A stretch of DNA of 64,000 nt from Octopus vulgaris (GCA_951406725.2 OX597820.1:97774001-97838000), one strand, 5' to 3'. Shown: positions 25,877 through 39,897, counted from the first letter of the stretch. Numbers and translations: made by a program. Notes: a model not told the origin generated them from the sequence alone.

Positions 25877-26755
25877 GAGTTGAATAAAGTTAAAACATGG
25901 TCTGGTTTTTCATGTATTCTATTATGGTATTTCAATATTAAAAAAATATTTTGTTTAATGTTTATAAACTTCAATTAGCGCTTTCATAAGTTCGTAGTAA
26001 CCATCAGATTTCAAGAATGTGTTTAACTGACAGTTGAGTTCTTGACAATTGTCGTACTCCTTAGAACGCTCTAACTATCTGAGATTTTGGGAATGCAGTT
26101 TTGACCAATCCACATGCAGTTAAACGTCACGGTTTGCCGGGCGTACCGATATTCTGTAATTTGTTTATATTCATATTTTAAAGATATTTTTCAATCCATA
26201 TACTTAACTGATTGTTATATTATTGCTGTTATTTCCGTTGAGAACAGGTTTGAATATTTTAATAAACCGTTTTCCAGCCTCAGTTGTGTCAAGCAGTTTG
26301 ACCACATGTTTCAATATGTTGGCTCAATGGAAATTGGCGAACATTAGTGTTCTGGATTTGTTTTCTGTGGACTCATGAGCATTCGGATAATGAATTCCCT
26401 ATCTCGCCTATATATAATTCCTTGCAATTTGGGCTTTTAATGCAGTAGATCAAATATCTGCTTTTGCCGTTCGTATCTGCATTTCCAAAAATCTCTACAT
26501 ATTTTGTTCTAATGGGTCTAGCAGTATACCTGTATTGACACGTTCCACATGTTATCATTACACTTGGATACTGTGGATGTTTTATCCTGTTTGTTCATGT
26601 TGAATTTTGTCTGTTAAATACATTTAGAAATCTGATGATTACTACGAAAACGCCGATTGAATTTTATGAACATTATAAAATGTTTTTAATGTTAAAATAC
26701 CTTAATAAAAAACGTGAAGACCAGGCCATGTTTTTACTTTATTCAGCTGATATAT
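25875..26755 (-). mobile_element. 5'-truncated Penelope-like element with an inverted terminal repeat
   Basis: GIY-YIG remnant CGTC...LIYCIKSPNCKELYIGE (26373-26558); 25875-26035 is an inverted homologue of 26610-26755. Confidence 0.85.
25973..26010 (-). ncRNA. Minimal hammerhead motif (A9G here; the partner at 26629 keeps CTGATGA)
   Basis: aat-CTGATGG-ttactacgaacttat-GAAA-GCGC-TA-att; stem III AGCGCT is palindromic. Confidence 0.65.
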
Positions 26756-26940
26756 TATTCTATACACATTCACACAAATTTGGAATATATATATTCCGCA
26801 GGTCAAGACCGAATTACTTTTTTCTGTATAACTTCCATACGATTACAGCCATTTCATAATCTCATTCATGTAGTATTTATTAATACCAATATGCAAAATT
26901 ATAAGTACATATTTGCATCAAATATATATATATATATATA

Positions 26941-27161
26941 CTTTATTTTAAGCAGCAGAAAATTCAACAAAATCTGTTACTCTGAGTTTCTCGTTGCCGT
27001 TCATCAGACAGTTTTTGCTAGAAAAAACTGTCTGATGAACGGCAACGAAAACTAGATATATTTTGTTGAATTTTCTGCTGCTTAAAATAAAGCATATTAC
27101 TCTACCACTGGTATTTGAGTACTCTTTTTTCCACCTTGTTTCACATTTATGTGTTTACTCC

Positions 27162-27163
<2 letters not shown>
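26941..27163 (+). mobile_element. Short palindromic PLE-type insertion in (TA)n
   Basis: Arms 26941-27016 and 27023-27092, 3' extension to 27163, (TA)n on both flanks. Confidence 0.85.
26974..27011 (-). ncRNA. Intact minimal type I hammerhead ribozyme motif (38 nt)
   Basis: ctgt-CTGATGA-a-cg(GCAA)cg-a-GAAAC-tcaga-GTA-acag. Confidence 0.9.
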
Positions 27164-27208
<45 letters not shown>

Positions 27209-27992
27209 TCAGCATTATACAATAGAATCGTATATTCACAAATGCTGAGCATAGATATTGATGCAAGCATGTACGTATAATTTTCCATATTGAATTTAAT
27301 AATGCGACATGAAGACGATTACGAAACGGCTGTAACCATACAGAAATCAGAGGGAAAATATATCTATCATCACTTCTCACACCTCCCTGACACTATATAT
27401 TATTTACTTTGCGTGAAAGTAAACTGAAATTTCCTTGATTATCAGTTGCTATATATATTACATTACATGATAATTGAGTACTACGTATACTGATAGTGAT
27501 CCGAATGGGAAACTTACTGTAATCACTCCATGATTCCCTGAATCTATATTTTACGCGACTCTTTATATATCTATATCTAGATGTATGCAGATATATTTGA
27601 GTATCAAGAACGTTATTCATGCTAAGAGCTTAAGTGAGGGAAAAACCTGTTGTATATACATCAAGTTTAACTCAATCAGTGACGTGATATAATTCCGCAA
27701 TCATATAAATAACAGCTGTTAAGGTAAAGAAGTTATGAGCTATTCGTGAACATCATGATTTTCTACTTTTTATTCTCTCTATGTATGTATGTATGTATGT
27801 ATGTATGACGGTACGTATGTATGCACGCACATATACATACTGTATATATATATACATATATGTGTGTATTTATATGTATATATAAATATATATAACGGGA
27901 AGCTTTATGAAAATAGACAAAAGACGAAGGCAGGTGGAAAACAAACAAACAATTGTATTAGTATGGCGCTCAGGAAATATAAATAAAACAAG

Positions 27993-28030
27993 TCTTTAAC
28001 GTTTCGAGCCTACGTTCTTCAACAGAAAGA
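27993..28030 (-). ncRNA. Variant hammerhead (A6U), copy 2; element about 27894-28295
   Basis: tcttt-CTGTTGA-a-gaac(gtag)gctc-GAAAC-GTT-aaaga. Confidence 0.65.
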
Positions 28031-28290
28031 TACACAGAGAGAAAAAAACACAGAAAGAAGGAGAGAAAAAAATGCGTGCAGTAACTAACGAATCAACATG
28101 GCGATCTGATTTCGGCCAGAGGTCAAAGATCAAACATGAGACGCGAGAGCGAAATAAGGGGAGATAATAGGGTTGATAATAGGGTTGAATGACCAGCATG
28201 AAATGAATGTAAAAAAAGTGGTAATATATGAGAAAATAAAAATACAACAAACGGGACAGTTTATGCGAACAAGTTCAAGGTTGAAAGTTC

Positions 28291-28339
<49 letters not shown>

Positions 28340-29461
28340 TATATATAAATATATATTTACTCTTTTACTTGTTTCAGCCCTTTGACTGCAGCTATGCTGG
28401 AGCACCACTTTAAGGGTTTTTAGTTGAGCAAATCGACCCTAGTACTTATTTCTTGTAAGCCAAGTACTTATTCTATCGATATCTGTGCCGAACCGCTAAG
28501 TTACAGAGAAGTAAACACACCAACATACGTTTTCAAACGATAGTGTGTGTATATGTGTGGGGGCAAACGTAGATACAAACATGCAAATATATACATATAT
28601 AATATACGACAGGATTCTTTCAGCTTCCGCCTACCAAATCCACTCACAAGGATTTGGTCAGCCAGAGGTTATAGGAGAAGCCACTTGCCCAAGATGCCAC
28701 GCTGTGGAACTGAATCCGGAACCATGTGGTTGAGAAGCAAGCTTCTTACCAGTGACCAGTGCCACATGTTTAATGTGTGTTGTTTATACGCTTATTAGTT
28801 GTGTGATTCGTCCTGGAAATATCTTTTTAAGACGTTGGGTGTTAAAAGAAACTCTGAATACCGTGAAACAGCGGGAAAAAATCGCCCCGTCGGTGAAGGG
28901 GAACGGTGGATACCGATATTTCGTTGTTATTTCAGCTTATTAACGGTATGTCCGACTTACCTCGAAACGAACTGTAAACGCTACAGGACGACTTAAAACT
29001 GAATCCTGCAGATAGTAAGCGTGTAAACAAGACACATGTACAAGACATCGATAACGTTGTAATGGTTACATCATGATAGCCGCTTCTGGGTATACACCTT
29101 GTAGTATGCCGTTTAAAGTACGTTAACAGTATTCCATTCGGCTATCTGATATTATCAGCTGTATGTAGGTATATGCCACTGGATTTAATGCTCACACATA
29201 CACACACAAACATATACGTTTATGAATTTGTGTTGCAAGATTCCTGATGTGAAGCCGTGTGTTGAAACAGATATTGTTATACTTCGGTATGGTCATTTTT
29301 CATTTGCCAAATAAACACGCACTGTATATTCGTTCTGCACTCGTTTATTACTGTTCTTATGTCCATCATGCGGAAGCCTTTCGCCACATATCTGTGATCC
29401 CTTCAGCATCCCTTTATATACCCACGTGTCCTCCTGCTCCGTTTACTCCATCTCTCTCTCT

Positions 29462-29531
<70 letters not shown>

Positions 29532-29564
29532 TAATCAAAATAAAAACATGATGCCAAGGATTCA

Positions 29565-29642
29565 GCGGTACATATGTTTCGGGCCTTTATTAGACGGATT
29601 TATAACAATGCATAATGTGTGTCTATGGCCTTCTTCAGCCGC
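29565..29642 (-). ncRNA. Intact type I hammerhead ribozyme motif with extended stem II
   Basis: gcgg-CTGAAGA-a-ggcc-a-tagac...gtcta-ataaa-ggcc-c-GAAAC-atat-GTA-ccgc; about 30 nt from the element end at (TA)n. Confidence 0.9.
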
Positions 29643-31733
29643 GCACAATTACTACTTCAAGGACATGTATTACATCATAGATTCTACGTTGGGGATGCAA
29701 ATCCTCACAGTCGCGTACGACAGAGTGGGGCACCAGCACAAAAACGAAGCGTCCATCCCGTCTTTCACTCAATGTAGAATGAGGAAGTTTGGATGTTGAG
29801 GTAATGTAAATAAGTAAATAAATATATAAGTATATAAATACACAGACGTGAAAAAGATAAAGAAGCGAGAATTAAGGATGAAAGATTAAAAAAAAAAATA
29901 AATATAGAAATATTAAAAAATCTAAAAAAATATTTTAAAAATATAAAAAATATAAAAAGATATAAAAAATATAAAAATATATTAAAAAAATATAGGGATA
30001 AGGGATGCAAAGTGGTTAAGAACTAACAAGGTGGTCAGGGAGATGACATATTCTGGTTGTAGAAGCGGCGGGTGTCATAAATCAACTAGAAGGTCTGGAG
30101 ACCCAGTATATGGTTAATTATGGTTGTCTGGTTAAACTGTTTATCTATTTCCTCGTAAATTGTCTAGTGGTCAACATGTACATACGTACCCGCATGGATA
30201 CATATACACATATACACGCATACATATACACACGCATACACATCTACACGCATACATACGTATTCTCGTGTAAAAATATATCGAGAGGGGTGTGCATATA
30301 CGTCCGTCCCGCCACGTACGTATATCTGAGTCGCCTCTGCACACGCACTCGTATACACACAAATACATGCTCATGCGTACATAAGTAGAGCCCGCCCGTC
30401 TACCCACCCACATACGTATATGCTCACATACATAATATCTCAATATACACATACATATGGAAAAAGGCGCATGTAGTTGGGTACAAGAACTGACGCACAT
30501 ACGTACGTATACACATACACGTACATGCGCACATACAGACACACTCACACACCCACTCATACACATGAGGAAGTAAAACTCTATGCTAATGGACAAAGAT
30601 ATGCATACACCCACATCCACACACATGGGGGAGTAAATCCCCATGCATATACACAAAAATATGCATATGTGCATATGCACAGACACAGGTATAACAAGCA
30701 GATCCCTTCCCGCACGCAGGCAGGATGGACCTATATGCTCTAAATGTCTGTCTTAGAGAGGCGTGACGGATGCAAACCATTGTAATAACATAAGTGGGTA
30801 GGGTAATTAGCAGGTTACAGGGGTGTACGGGTAAATCAGAAAAGAAAGAGACAAAGAAGAAAATAAGAGGCAAAGAGAAAAATTGAGAAGGGATAAGAAT
30901 AAAAATAGGTAAAAATATATATATATATTGTTGTATTTCGGGACGGTAATTTTTTTTTGCCAAATAAACACACGCACTATATATTTGTTCTTAATTCGTT
31001 GAATCTAGTTAGTTTGGCTGCCACCATTTCAAAAATTAAAGTTTATCGAAAATTTTAAAATTTGGCACATCAATATACTTTTCCAAGCTGAATTGCTGGA
31101 GTTATTTCCCTTTTTCCAGAAAATGTTTTTAAAATGTTATAAGTGTGATCATTTTCACCCAGTCCTGAAACAGAGGGAAAGCTGATGAGAATGAAGGGAA
31201 GGCTACGAAATGTGAGAGAGGTGGAGCGAGAAAAAGATATATATATATATATATATACGACGGGCTTCTTTCAGTTTCCGTCTACCAAATCCACTAGCAA
31301 ACTTGGGTCGGCCCGAGGCTACTGTAGAAGGCACTTGCCCAAGGTGCCACGCAGTGGGACTGAACCCAGAACCATGTGGTTGGGAAGCAAGCTTCTTACC
31401 ATACAGCCACTCCTGGCTTCTTTCAATTACCGGAACAAATCCACTCACAAAACTTTGACCGACTCGGTGCTATAGTAGAAAGTACTTACCCCAGTGCTGC
31501 ACAGTAGGACTGAACCGAAGGTCACATTATTTCGATGTAAGCTTCTTAACTATACAGCCACTCCCGTGCCTGCGCACACACGTGCACATTCATAGACACA
31601 AATACGCGCACGTACGCACGCACATATACATACATAACGGGAAAGTTTACGAAAATAAACAAAAGACGAAGGCAGGTGGTGTACAAACAAACAAATGTAT
31701 TAGTATAGCGCTCAGGAATAGAAATAGAAAAAG

Positions 31734-31771
31734 TCTTTTACGTATCGAGCCTACGCTCTTCGACAAAAAGA
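31734..31771 (-). ncRNA. Variant hammerhead (A6U), copy 3 (extra C3U and GATAC changes); element about 31635-31860
   Basis: tcttt-TTGTCGA-a-gagc(gtag)gctc-GATAC-GTA-aaaga. Confidence 0.6.
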
Positions 31772-31875
31772 TACACAGAAAAAAACAAGGAGAGAAACAA
31801 GGAGAGAAAAAAATGCGTGTAGGAGCTAACGATCTATCATGGCGTCCTGACTTCGGCATATATACATACACACAA

Positions 31876-31915
<40 letters not shown>

Positions 31916-32273
31916 GCATTTGTGATCATACATATATTTGTATGCATGACTTTGTAGGTATAAATGTATGTGTATTTGATATATATGTTTGTATGTATGC
32001 GTACACGCTTAAAGCTGTCTTTAACCTTAAACAAACCAGTTCTGTAGTAATTGGATATTGGTCTCCGATTCCCCTACAATATTAAACGTTGTGTCTTTAA
32101 AACCGATCTTAGCTATTAAGGTGGGGGGATTGATGAATTTTGCCATTCTGATTTACTTTCAACATGAAACAAAGAAAAATTGTTTAGTAGTGCTCTACGG
32201 AGCTTTACAAGGGCATGAAAATATTTCCATTCTTAGTAATCACTTGTCACATTCCATTGGTTATTCATTTTGT

Positions 32274-32351
<78 letters not shown>

Positions 32352-32689
32352 TATCTTCTTCTTCTTCTTCTTCTTCTTCTTCTTCTTCTTCTTCTTCTTC
32401 TTCTTCTTCTTCTTCCAATCACGACCCACGCCATTAGCCACAAAGAATTTTCTCTAATTCCAAGCAGTGCTGTTTTCTGCAACTGCCCCACCCTTATTGC
32501 AGCCCTTATTTGTTCCACGTACTTCTCGAGATTTTTGCTCTATTATTATTATTATTACTTTTTTTCTTCTTTCAAATTTGCTTCCATTTCTTGCCGGGTG
32601 TCTTCCCGACTCCTAGGGCAAAGAAACTCATAGTATACATTGGTAGGCCATTAAACCAAACTCAATAGTTCGTTCATTTTTAATTTTTT

Positions 32690-32790
32690 TATCATCATCA
32701 TCATCATCGTCGTCGTCATCATCATCATCATCATCATCATCGTCATCATCATCGTCATCATCATCATCGTCGTCATCATCATCATCGTCG

Positions 32791-32831
<41 letters not shown>

Positions 32832-32853
32832 GTCGTCATCATCATCATCGTCG

Positions 32854-32897
<44 letters not shown>

Positions 32898-32944
32898 GTC
32901 ATCATCGTTATCATCATCATCATCATCATCATCACCGTCGTCAA

Positions 32945-32990
<46 letters not shown>

Positions 32991-33092
32991 GTCGTCGTCG
33001 TCGTCATCATCATCATCATCATCATCATCGTCGTCGTCATCATCATCATCATTATCATCATCGCCGTCGTCGTCCTCGTCGTCGTTATCATC
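32690..33092. repeat. (ATC/GTC)n compound microsatellite
   Basis: Direct reading; source of the poly-D and poly-M ORFs. Confidence 0.95.
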
Positions 33093-34779
33093 TTTAACAG
33101 CGTCGTACACTCAAAAGAGTAATCCCAGTTGTCACGAAAATACACTTTATGTGTTCCAATAAATATTACACAACATGAATCAAGTTCTTAGTTTGACTGA
33201 TTTTACAATTAATTGACATTATTGCTGTTACCCAGTACAGCAAAATAATGTTTGAGGTTACACATCTCGACAGCTTTGTCAGTAATAGCCAGACAGAGCG
33301 AATAACAACGGAGAGTAGAGCGACAAAGACAAATTGATTTGTTGTGCATTAAGAAGAGAATACACGTCCACAAAAATGGGTGAGTTTAGTAATGTTGGTC
33401 TGAAATTTTGGCATAAGGCCAGCAATTTCGGGAATGGGGCTAAGCCGATTATATCGGTCCCAGTAATCAACTGGCAGAAACGTTAGCACGGGCGAAATGC
33501 TTAGCGGTATTTCGTCTGCGTTGCGTTGTGAGTTCGAATTCCGCCGAGGTCGACTTTGCCTTTCATCCTTTCGGGGTCGATAAATTAAGTACCAGTCACG
33601 CACTGGGGTCGATGTAATCGACTTAATACCTATGTCTGTCCTTGTTTGTCCCCTCTGTGTTTAGCCCCTTGTGGGTAATAAAGAAATAGGTACTTATTTC
33701 ATTGACCCCAAAGGGATGAAAATCTATGACTACCTCGGCGTAATTTGAAATCAGAACGTAAAGATGGATAAAATGCTGCTACCATTTTACTCGGATTGCT
33801 AACGATCCTGCCAACTTGCCGCTGCTCAGTTTAGTAATATTAAGCATCAGTTTGAAGGTGGCGAGCTGGCAGAAACGTTAGCACGCCGGGCGAAATGCTT
33901 ATCGGTATTTCGTCTGTCATTACGTTCTGAATTCAAATTCCACCGAGGTCGACTTTGCCTTTCATCCTTTCGGGGTCGATAAATTAAGTACCAGTTGCGT
34001 ACTGGGGTCAATTTAATTAGCTGGCCTCTCCCCCAAAATTTCGGGCCTTCTGCCTAGAGTAGAAAAGAATATTGAGCGTCAGTTTTATATAATGTTGCTG
34101 AGAAAATGAACTAAGGAAGGGGTTCTGAAGGGTGCTGTTTTAAAGAAAGGAAGAATTATAAGAGGAAAGTGTTTCGTATGTTGCCTAAAACGGAAGGCAT
34201 GTTAAGGGCAGGTGGAAACAATATATTGCTTTCAAGTTTTGGCACAAGACCAGGAATTTCCGTGGAGGAATAATTTGAATCTATCGACACCAGTGCTCAA
34301 CTGGTACTTATTCTATCGATCCCGAACGGATGAGAGGCAAAGTCGACCTCCGCGGAATTTAAACTCAAAATGAAGACGGACGAAATGCAACTAAGCGTTT
34401 TGCCTGTCGTGAGAGGATGTCATATATTGAAGTGTCATGAATTAAATTGTTAATTTTTATCGCTTATATTTACTTCTAGGCCGGTCTTCATCGAGCAGAT
34501 TAAAGGTTATCTCAACCGTAGTCATCCTGTCTTTTTAGACACATGTGCAGCTGGGTGCGCTAGGGAACTAAGAGATAATTAGCAAGAGCAAGAGTTTTGA
34601 TGTATGTGTATGCATGTGTGTATGCGTATGCGTGTATGTGTGCAGACTGAGGAAGTGTTCCAGTTGGAGTGAGTAACATGCAAACGGAATTGTATAATAG
34701 CGACAATCGACTTATGGAAACACGTGTTAACAATTCTGACAGCTCGCTGCCTTAGTATCAGACTAACAATGTTTTCAAA

Positions 34780-35800
34780 TTTTGGCACAATGTCAGTAAT
34801 TTCAGGGGCGGAGGTAAATCGATAACATCGACACCAGTGATCAACTGGTACTTATTTCATCGACACCGAAGGTATGTAAGGCAAAGTCAACCCCGGAGAG
34901 ATATGAACTAAAAACGTAAAGACGAGATACCTATTTCTTTACTACCCACAAGAGGCTAAACACAGAGAGGACAAACAAGAACAGACAAACGTATTAAGTT
35001 GATTATATCGACCCCAGTGCGTAACTGGTACTTATTTAATCGACCCCGAAAGGATGAAAGGCAAAGTTGACCTCGGTGGAATTTGAACTCAGAACGTAGC
35101 GGCAGACGAAATACCTATTTCTTTACTAAACACAAGGGGCTAAACACAGGGGGAACGAAAAAGGACAGACAAACGGATTAAGTCGATTATATCGACCCCA
35201 GTGCGTAACTGGTACTTATTTAATCGAATTTGAAATCGAAATACGAAATACCTATTTCTTTATTACCCACAAGGGGCTAAACACAGAGCGGACTAACAAG
35301 GACAGACATAGGCATTAAGTCGATTACATCGACCCCAGTGCGTAACTGGTACTTAATTTATCGACCCCGAAAGGATGAAAGGCAAAGTTGACCTCGGTGG
35401 AATTTGAACTCAGAACGTAGCGGCAGACGAAATACCTATTTCTTTACTAAACACAAGGGCTAAACACAGGGGGAACGAAAAAGGATAGACAAACGGATTA
35501 AGTCGATTATATCGACCCCAGTGCGTAACTGGTACTTATTTAATCGAATTTGAAATCGAAATACGAAATACCTATTTCTTTATTACCCACAAGGGGCTAA
35601 ACACAGAGCGGACTAACAAGGACAGACATAGGCATTAAGTCGATTACATCGACCCCAGTGCGTAACTGTTACTTAATTTATCGACCCCGAAAGGATGAAA
35701 GGCAAAGTCGACCTCGGCGGAATTTGAACTCACAACGTAACGCAGACGAAATACCGCTAAGCATTTCGCCCGGCGTGCTAACGTTTCTGCCAGCTCGCCG
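34780..35800 (-). mobile_element. Head-to-tail concatemer of the Meta-domain SINE
   Basis: One intact head at about 35800, then 5'-truncated units joined at GAAATACCTATTTCTTT (about 34925, 35108, 35245, 35429, 35568); about 323-bp higher-order duplication. Confidence 0.9.
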
Positions 35801-35938
35801 TTTTCCAAGTGAGACTAATATTATAAGTCGAATGTAATTTCAGAACTAAAATTATAGACATAGATATATGAAGTATTTCAGACGTTAATTATATTCTTAC
35901 TATTGTAAATACAAATTAAGTGAAAGTGGATTGAAGTG

Positions 35939-36152
35939 CAGTAATCCCTCGACTATCGCGGGTGTTACGATAGATGAAAATTCACCAAGTAGAAACAATA
36001 TTGTACTGTATATTTTTTCTGTTATTTTTATAATTTCTCTATATTTATTTTATTATAAATGCAAAACAACACCACAGAGGAATCGACGGTAGCTTAAACC
36101 GCGATAATAATAAACCGCGATAGGTGAACCGCGATATGGTGAGGGATTACTG
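35939..36152. mobile_element. pogo/Tigger-type MITE
   Basis: TIRs CAGTAATCCCTC...ATCGCGG / CCGCGAT...GAGGGATTACTG; TA target duplication degraded. Confidence 0.75.
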
Positions 36153-36503
36153 AACTTAAATGGGGAAAAAACAATAGTTGGATGAAGACGAAGAAGAAAG
36201 CTATGATAAAGAAATAAAGGAGATATTAAACAATAGAGAGAAATGAGAAGACAGGCGATGGATAAGAAAAATAATATAGAAGATGCTGAATAAAACAACA
36301 AACAAATTGTGAAGAATAAAATGGAAGGCGAAGCTCTTTTTTCCAAGGAATGTCTAAACTTTCAAACATGTGGACGAAAGAAAGGAAAGGTTAAAATGCG
36401 GGCAAGAAAACGCCCCCACACAAATCATACGCTCACGTATATACATATATGTCCGTCTATATATATACATATATATTATATACATATACAGATATATATA
36501 TCT

Positions 36504-36537
<34 letters not shown>

Positions 36538-36582
36538 CTGTATATATGTATCTGTATATATATCTGTATATGTATCTATATA

Positions 36583-36641
<59 letters not shown>

Positions 36642-36660
36642 ATATATATATCTATATCTA

Positions 36661-36713
<53 letters not shown>

Positions 36714-37401
36714 GTCTGTCGGTCTCTCTGTCTCTCTGTCTCTCTGTCCCTCTCACTCTCTCTCTCTCTATATAATATATATATATATATATATTTATAT
36801 ACATATAACCAAATATGTATATTTACATACATATACTTAGACATACAGTCACGTGGATACGCATCGACATATGTATACATAATGTCTGCGTATACACACA
36901 CACACACACACACACTCACACACACACATCCTCACACTCATACACGCGCGCACACACACAAACACACACACACACACACACATATATATAAATCTAAAAT
37001 TGACTGCAACGCTACTAAAACATTCCTGAACATATATTTTAATCCAGGGAGTTAATCCTGCTGGGAATGTCGGGTGGGTTCAGTGAAGATAAAGACATTT
37101 CCCTACTTTTTTTTCTTTTTATTTCCTGATTTTTTTTCTCTTTATTATTTATCTTTGTTCATGCTGTCACTTAGATTTTATTTATTTGTATGCGTGTAGT
37201 TGTCATTGTTGTTGTTGTTGTGGTGGTGGTGGTGTAGATGGGGGGGAAGCCGGTGGAGATGGTGACGGTGGAGGCTGGAGATGGTGGTGGTGGTGGTGGT
37301 GGTGGTGTTTATTGTCGCCATTTCTGTTCTTGTTGCCGTAATTGTTGGTCATGTTGTTATTATCATTCTGGATTTCGAACGAAAATAACTGAAATCATGG
37401 A

Positions 37402-37470
<69 letters not shown>

Positions 37471-37507
37471 ACACATATGCACAGAAGCACACAGGCACAC
37501 ACGCACG

Positions 37508-37544
<37 letters not shown>

Positions 37545-37642
37545 ATCCGTATGTGTACATAAATGTATATATATATATATATACATATACACACACACAC
37601 ACTTATATGTGTTTGTGTGTATATATATATATGTATATATAT

Positions 37643-37684
<42 letters not shown>

Positions 37685-37695
37685 TTTATGTACTC

Positions 37696-37742
<47 letters not shown>

Positions 37743-37910
37743 ATTCAGTGTGTGTCAGAGGTTGAGAAACCAACTAAGAGATAGTACCTATCCAATATAC
37801 TGCTGGTAGTGTACCCAATTATTCTTACCCAAGTACTAGCTATTGCGTGGCAAGCTCGCAATTGAGTGTTATATATGGGCGGGGTAAAAAGTGGTTTACC
37901 CTTGATTTAT

Positions 37911-38349
37911 ACGGCAAATAAGAAAGAGAAGAGGATACAAAATCGACAGACATCAAGCGGTAAACATCCTAGTATGTCTTTTTATTCCAATATATTAGAT
38001 GAATTCATACTCATGTACTAATAGTACAGAAATGAGGAAATGAGCAGATTGTCAGTAGGTAATGACAATCTGCACCTTTGCTAATTTCTGTACTATTAAT
38101 ACATGTGTATGTATTTCATAAGTAGACATACTAGAATGTTTACCGGTTGATGTCTGTCGATTTTGTATCCTCTCTACTTCCTTATTTGCCGTGTGCTTTC
38201 TCTCCTTGTCTCTTTCTGCGTTCCTTTCTGTTGAAGAGCGTAGGCTCGAAACGTTAAAGACTTTTTCCACTTCCCAAGCGTTATACTAATACATCTGTTT
38301 GTTGTCTACATCACCTGTCTTCGTCTTTTCTTTTTTTTGTGAATTCACC

Positions 38350-38352
<3 letters not shown>
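37911..38352 (+). mobile_element. A6U-hammerhead family element with a long 5' fold-back; hammerhead copy 4 at 38224-38259
   Basis: Imperfect palindrome 37911-38192 centred near 38058, then cttt-CTGTTGA-a-gagc(gtag)gctc-GAAAC-GTT-aaag and tail to (TA)n. Confidence 0.8.
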
Positions 38353-38411
<59 letters not shown>

Positions 38412-38792
38412 CTTTACTACCCACAAGGGGCTAAACACAGAGGGGACAAACAAGGACAGACAAACGGATTAAGTCGATTACATCGATCCCAGTGCGTAAC
38501 TGGTACTTAATTTATCGACCCCGAAAGGATGAAAGGCAAAGTCGACCTCGGCGGAATTTGAACTCGTAGCGGCAGACGAAATATGGCTACGCATTTCGCC
38601 CGGCGTGCTAACGTTTCTGCCAGCTCACCGCCTTTCTATATATATATATATAGGCACAGGAGTGACTGTATGGTAAAAGCATGCTTCCCAACCACATGGT
38701 TCCTGATTCAGACCCACTGCGTGTCTTCTGCTATAGCCTCGGGCCGTCCAAAGTGAGTTAATTTGGTAGACGGAAACTGAAGAAGCCCGTCA

Positions 38793-38848
<56 letters not shown>

Positions 38849-38852
<4 letters not shown>

Positions 38853-39220
38853 TGTGTGGTAAGTAGCTTGCTAACCAACCACATGGTTCCGGGTTCAGTC
38901 CCACTGCGTGGCATCTTGGGCAAGTGTCTTCTGCTATAGCCCCGGGCCGACCAATGCCTTGTGAGTGGATTTGGTAGACGGAAACTGAAAGAAGCCTGTC
39001 GTATATATATATATATATATATGTGTGTGCGTTTGTGTGTCTGTGTTTGTCCCCCTAGCATTGCTTAACAACCGATGCTGGTGTGTTTACGTCCCCGTCA
39101 CTTAGCGGTTCGGCAAAAGAGACTGATAGAATAAGTACTGGGCTTACAAAAGAATAAGTCGATTAAAGGTGGTGCGCCAGCATGGCCGCAGTCAAATGAC
39201 TGAAACAAGTAAAAGAGTAA
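38849..39220 (+). mobile_element. tRNA/CORE-like SINE; further copies at 38652-38795, 39300-39500, 43021-43365
   Basis: Same family as 7050-7485. Confidence 0.9.
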
Positions 39221-39550
39221 ATGAGTATATATATATATACATATATATATATGTATGTGTGTGTGTGTGAGTGTGTGTGTGTGTACGTATGTATTTGCAT
39301 ATCTGTGCTTGTGCCCCAAATATCGCTTGACAACTGATTGTATGTTTACTTCCCCGTAAACTAGAGGTTCAACAAAACAGACCGATAAAATAAGTACTAG
39401 GCTTACAAAGAATAAATCCTAGGGATTGATATGTTCGACTAAAGGTTGTCCTCCAGCATGGCCGCAGTCAAATGACTGAAGCAAGTAAAAGAATAAAAGA
39501 CTAAAAGAAGAATTTATTTAAACATACATATATGTGTGTGTGAGTGTGTA

Positions 39551-39622
<72 letters not shown>

Positions 39623-39630
39623 TGTGTGTG

Positions 39631-39670
<40 letters not shown>

Positions 39671-39837
39671 TACATATATACATGTATGTATGTGTGTGTG
39701 CATGTGTGTGTATATCATGTCTCTCAAAATATCAAAATGACATTAAACAAGTCATACACATGAAAAAGGATATTTGTTAAAGAAAATAAAATTACGTAAA
39801 AAGAGTACCAATAATGTAATACACACACACTCACGGA

Positions 39838-39897
<60 letters not shown>

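Noticed and set aside
31178-31220. CTGATGA...CGAAA hammerhead candidate
   Set aside because: Stems I, II and III do not pair; chance match in purine-rich sequence
32628-33145. Poly-Asp or poly-Met protein (biomineralisation-like)
   Set aside because: Pure ATC/GTC microsatellite next to a Dong 3' UTR; no splice or domain evidence
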